From the IMG/VR virus record IMGVR_UViG_3300036987_000183: 20,000 bases of DNA; one strand, written 5' to 3'. The translations under genes and the position numbers were made by a program. Position 1 is the first letter of the stretch, and each line of letters begins with the position of its first letter. The notes under the pieces were generated by a model. The model had not been told where the DNA came from. It saw only the letters and a program-made list of their open reading frames with translations, and searched no databases. The stretch is from an uncultured virus (IMG/VR IMGVR_UViG_3300036987_000183). Its lineage: Duplodnaviria; Heunggongvirae; Uroviricota; Caudoviricetes. Below, piece after piece: positions 17,165 to 20,000 of the stretch.

Positions 17165-17311
17165 GCATTCGGTATGCGCACGGTACGCAGTGTGGATATA
17201 AGTGTCCATGAAAAAGCATTGATGGGTATTATACTTGAATGTAATGTTTAAACATATATTTAATTATGATGTGAGTCAAGATTCTTATGTTTAACTGCTT
17301 TAATAAAAATC

Positions 17312-17340
17312 TTGACACGCCACATATCTTGTGGTGTATT
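17312..17340 (+). promoter_or_regulatory. TTGACA -35 box overlapped by dyad ACGCCACA-tatct-TGTGGTGT
   Basis: Read directly, upstream of the 17454 gene. The -10 element is weak. Confidence 0.4.
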
Positions 17341-17453
17341 CGAGCTTAATTGTTTCATAAGGGTAACATGTCAGCATGTTATATGAATGCATTTAATAGT
17401 AACCGGGCGTTAGTAATTATGTGTATAAAAATGCTCAGTTTCGGAGGAATCTT

Positions 17454-18038
17454 GTGAAATCTAAAGTGATGCTAATAATCTGTACCATTATTATGCCACT
17501 ATTAGTAAAAATAATTTTTGGGTCAAAGATTAATGAATACATATACCACTCTGGGTTATATGGCTGGGTACATGATAATAACGGATTGTTTGCTATTTGT
17601 GTGTTTATACTTGTCTTTGTTATAGTGATTGTATTAGCGATAATATTTTTTTTCCAAGCAGCTGGTTTGGCTGATGAATTTATTGAATCCGGTGTTGATC
17701 TTGGTAAAGAAGTATGGAAAAAAAATAATATGAACGATAAAATATTGCATGGAATAGAAAAAACATATTCTGCGGCACATGGCGCTTATAAAGAAATTAT
17801 GACAATAATGACAGCAGATAATATTCGCAAATGGCTAAAATCAATTAGTGTTCCATACGATAATATTGTTGTCATAGAAGTAGTAAGTGTGAGTGTTAAA
17901 AATTATTCAGTAACATGTAGGGTAACTGATAAAAATAATAATATAGTTAAAGAAGCATGTTGGCAATGTCAAGAAATAGATTATGAGTTAACGAGATATG
18001 TTGGTAGCTGTAATGTTAGAACTATACTAAGAGGTTAA
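17454..18038 (+). CDS. Hypothetical membrane protein (two N-terminal TM segments)
   Basis: GGAGG before GTG 17454. Hydrophobic N-terminal segments and a soluble C-terminal domain. Confidence 0.75.
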   Translation: MKSKVMLIICTIIMPLLVKIIFGSKINEYIYHSGLYGWVHDNNGLFAICVFILVFVIVIVLAIIFFFQAAGLADEFIESGVDLGKEVWKKNNMNDKILHGIEKTYSAAHGAYKEIMTIMTADNIRKWLKSISVPYDNIVVIEVVSVSVKNYSVTCRVTDKNNNIVKEACWQCQEIDYELTRYVGSCNVRTILRG

Positions 18039-18184
18039 ACACTAAAGAACTACACTCAAGGTCATGTCTATAACGGATGTGGACTGTATTTATTTCTTCT
18101 TGTCAGCCCCCGGACTGCAACCATGTGACAACATGGAAAACCAAATGGGAAGAGAACAATAGATATCCTCTCGCTTTTCAATGT

Positions 18185-18377
18185 TCAAAAAACCTATATG
18201 AAATCCAAAAACTTTAAATCATCCGAGTAGCCAGATGATATATAAGAAGATGGAATAGTCGAAAGATGAACCCCGGTGGGGTCTCAAAATAACATTAGCA
18301 TTTTTAGAAAGGGTATGGCCTCAATGGTCATGCCCTTTTTAGTCTCCATAATCACGTAACTAAACGAAAGGAGGTAG
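18185..18377 (+). repeat. Non-coding repeat of about 190 bp, copy B, upstream of ardC
   Basis: Aligns with 16821-17004. Confidence 0.9.
18308..18340 (+). terminator. Intrinsic terminator-like hairpin within repeat B
   Basis: AAAGGGTATGGCC-tcaat-GGTCATGCCCTTT followed by TT. Confidence 0.75.
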
Positions 18378-18571
18378 CACCATGAGCACATGACAGCACC
18401 ATCAGAATAACCTTCCTACCAGTAGAACCACATCAAAGTATCCAACCACGTAAGCACCCAAGTAACGAATCCACCGGCAAGTAACCCAACAACCCAACAG
18501 GAGACTAGTATTTCCCGTAAAGGGATACTTGCGTCTTGCATCCTACTACCCAAAAAAAGGAGGAATATCAG

Positions 18572-19471
18572 ATGGCTATCAACGTTTATGAAGTAATCAA
18601 TCACCGTATCATGGAACTATTGGAACAAGGAACAATACCTTGGAGAAAACCATGGAATGCAGAAGGTAACATGCCAAAGAACCTTGTAAGTAGGAAAGAA
18701 TATCGAGGGATCAACCTTTTTCTCTTGAATGCCATGCCCTACAGTTCGTCTTATTGGATGACCTTCAAGCAAGCTCAGGATAAGGGGGGCACTGTTCGTA
18801 AAGGAGAAAAGAGCACGATGGTAATCTTCTGGAAGTGGTTAGATCGGACGGGTGCAGTAAGTGAACCTGATGAAGCTGATGCAGCTGGTTCATGGAAAGG
18901 TAAGGTGCCGATGCTAAGGTACTACAATGTCTTCAATGTTGAGCAGTGTGATGGTATCAAAGTACCGGAATCCAACGATACCGTTAACGAATTTAGCCCT
19001 ATAGAGAGGGCAGAAGAGATAATATCCACCATGCCATGTAGACCAGATATCCGGTATGGAGGCAACAGAGCATATTATTCACCTGGACTAGATTACGTTC
19101 AGCTACCAAACAAACATACCTTCAATTCCTCAGAAGAATATTACTCCACCTGTTTCCATGAGTTAACCCATGCTTCCGGCCATATTACAAGACTTGGGAG
19201 GAAAAGTATCCTTGAGCCGTCATACTTTGGGAGCCATGAATACAGCAAAGAAGAGTTGGTAGCGGAAATGGGGTCTGCATTCCTATGTGGCTATAGTGGC
19301 ATCGAGCAGAATACGTTGGAGAATAGTGCAGCATATATTCTGGGGTGGTTGAAGGTATTGAAGAATGACAAGAAGCTACTGGTCCATGCAGGAGCTTTAG
19401 CCCAGAAAGCAGTTGATTACATCCTGAATCAGAAAGGAGGTGAAGAGAACTTAAATGATCAGGCAGCATAG
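18572..19471 (+). CDS. ardC: ArdC family anti-restriction protein (ssDNA-binding domain + zincin-like metallopeptidase)
   Basis: LEQG.IPWRKPW...P.N..S.KEYRGIN...WMTFKQA...GG.VRKGEK...YYNVFNVEQ; RAYYSP..DYVQLP...F...EEYY.T.FHELTHASGH..RL.R...Y..EELVAEMGSAFL. AGGAGG RBS before ATG 18572. Confidence 0.96.
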   Translation: MAINVYEVINHRIMELLEQGTIPWRKPWNAEGNMPKNLVSRKEYRGINLFLLNAMPYSSSYWMTFKQAQDKGGTVRKGEKSTMVIFWKWLDRTGAVSEPDEADAAGSWKGKVPMLRYYNVFNVEQCDGIKVPESNDTVNEFSPIERAEEIISTMPCRPDIRYGGNRAYYSPGLDYVQLPNKHTFNSSEEYYSTCFHELTHASGHITRLGRKSILEPSYFGSHEYSKEELVAEMGSAFLCGYSGIEQNTLENSAAYILGWLKVLKNDKKLLVHAGALAQKAVDYILNQKGGEENLNDQAA

Positions 19472-19770
19472 AAGTATATCCTTCCTTAGTATCCTATCAA
19501 CCAAGTCTACGTAAAAACACCCATCCCTCTATTACTCGGTAAGATCAGCCGTAACATCCAGTTAGCATTACATACCTACCTAAATAACACCTCCTAGTAA
19601 TTAATTGACCGCTAGCATAACCAAACTGTCTCTCATTATCAATCATTATTTATTGCAACTCACTAACCTCAAAAGCAGCCTCATTAGCTCCAAATATGCC
19701 CTACAGCTGCTTTCTTAGTTCAAGGCAGATAGGTCTATCAAACCACTAATTTAATTTAAGGGAGGACACC

Positions 19771-19953
19771 ATGAAAGAAGTAGCGACTGACGTAAAGATG
19801 ATGACTTACGAGGAAGCAGATCAAAAAGGTTTATTCAACAGGGGTCTCATACTGGACTACGAAGGTAGGACGTATCGTAAGCTTCCCTGTCAAGTAGACA
19901 GTTGTAAAGTAGAGTTTTTGACGTTCTTTGTCATGTATTCAGCAGGCGTCTGA
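19771..19953 (+). CDS. Small hypothetical protein
   Basis: GGGAGGA RBS, 60-aa ORF. Confidence 0.65.
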   Translation: MKEVATDVKMMTYEEADQKGLFNRGLILDYEGRTYRKLPCQVDSCKVEFLTFFVMYSAGV

Positions 19954-20000
19954 TCCTCCAAGGAATCATGCGGGCGCTGCTCGTTGTATTCGATCGTCCA

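Noticed and set aside
17318..17336. CCACATATCTTGTGG as an NrdR box
   Set aside because: Only the right half fits the consensus, it is a single copy, and no nucleotide-metabolism gene follows.
1..20000. CRISPR array, tRNA, IS/transposase, integron attC array
   Set aside because: No regularly spaced repeats, cloverleaf, transposase ORF or convincing RYYYAAC..GTTRRRY cassette ends were found by eye.

Overview
An AT-rich accessory region that looks like part of an integrative or mobilisable genomic island. The MucR and response-regulator types are compatible with a Geobacter/Desulfuromonadales-like host, but that is inference. No core housekeeping genes, rRNA, tRNA, CRISPR array, integrase or relaxase are visible. 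From left to right: (1) a putative island-end region with a 12-8-12 inverted repeat; (2) a module of a regulator-like 405-aa protein, a 131-aa protein, a frameshifted Bro-N gene and a compact, divergent PolA/T7-RNAP-superfamily polymerase, followed by about 750 bp of structured non-coding DNA; (3) an XRE regulator, small membrane proteins, a zinc-ribbon/J-like protein and a PsbP-like lipoprotein; (4) an orphan OmpR-type regulator next to MucR; (5) a defence-like cluster (HNH-HIT fusion, hypothetical, Mrr, Sll1717-like P-loop ATPase) bracketed by a 27-bp palindromic direct repeat; (6) a YbjN-like gene, a membrane protein and ardC. Diverged copies of the non-coding region upstream of ardC recur across the window (8109-8323, 16821-17004, possibly 11630-11713) and separate the cargo blocks. 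The most interesting items are the unusual polymerase module, this repeated ardC-leader architecture and the repeat-flanked defence cluster.
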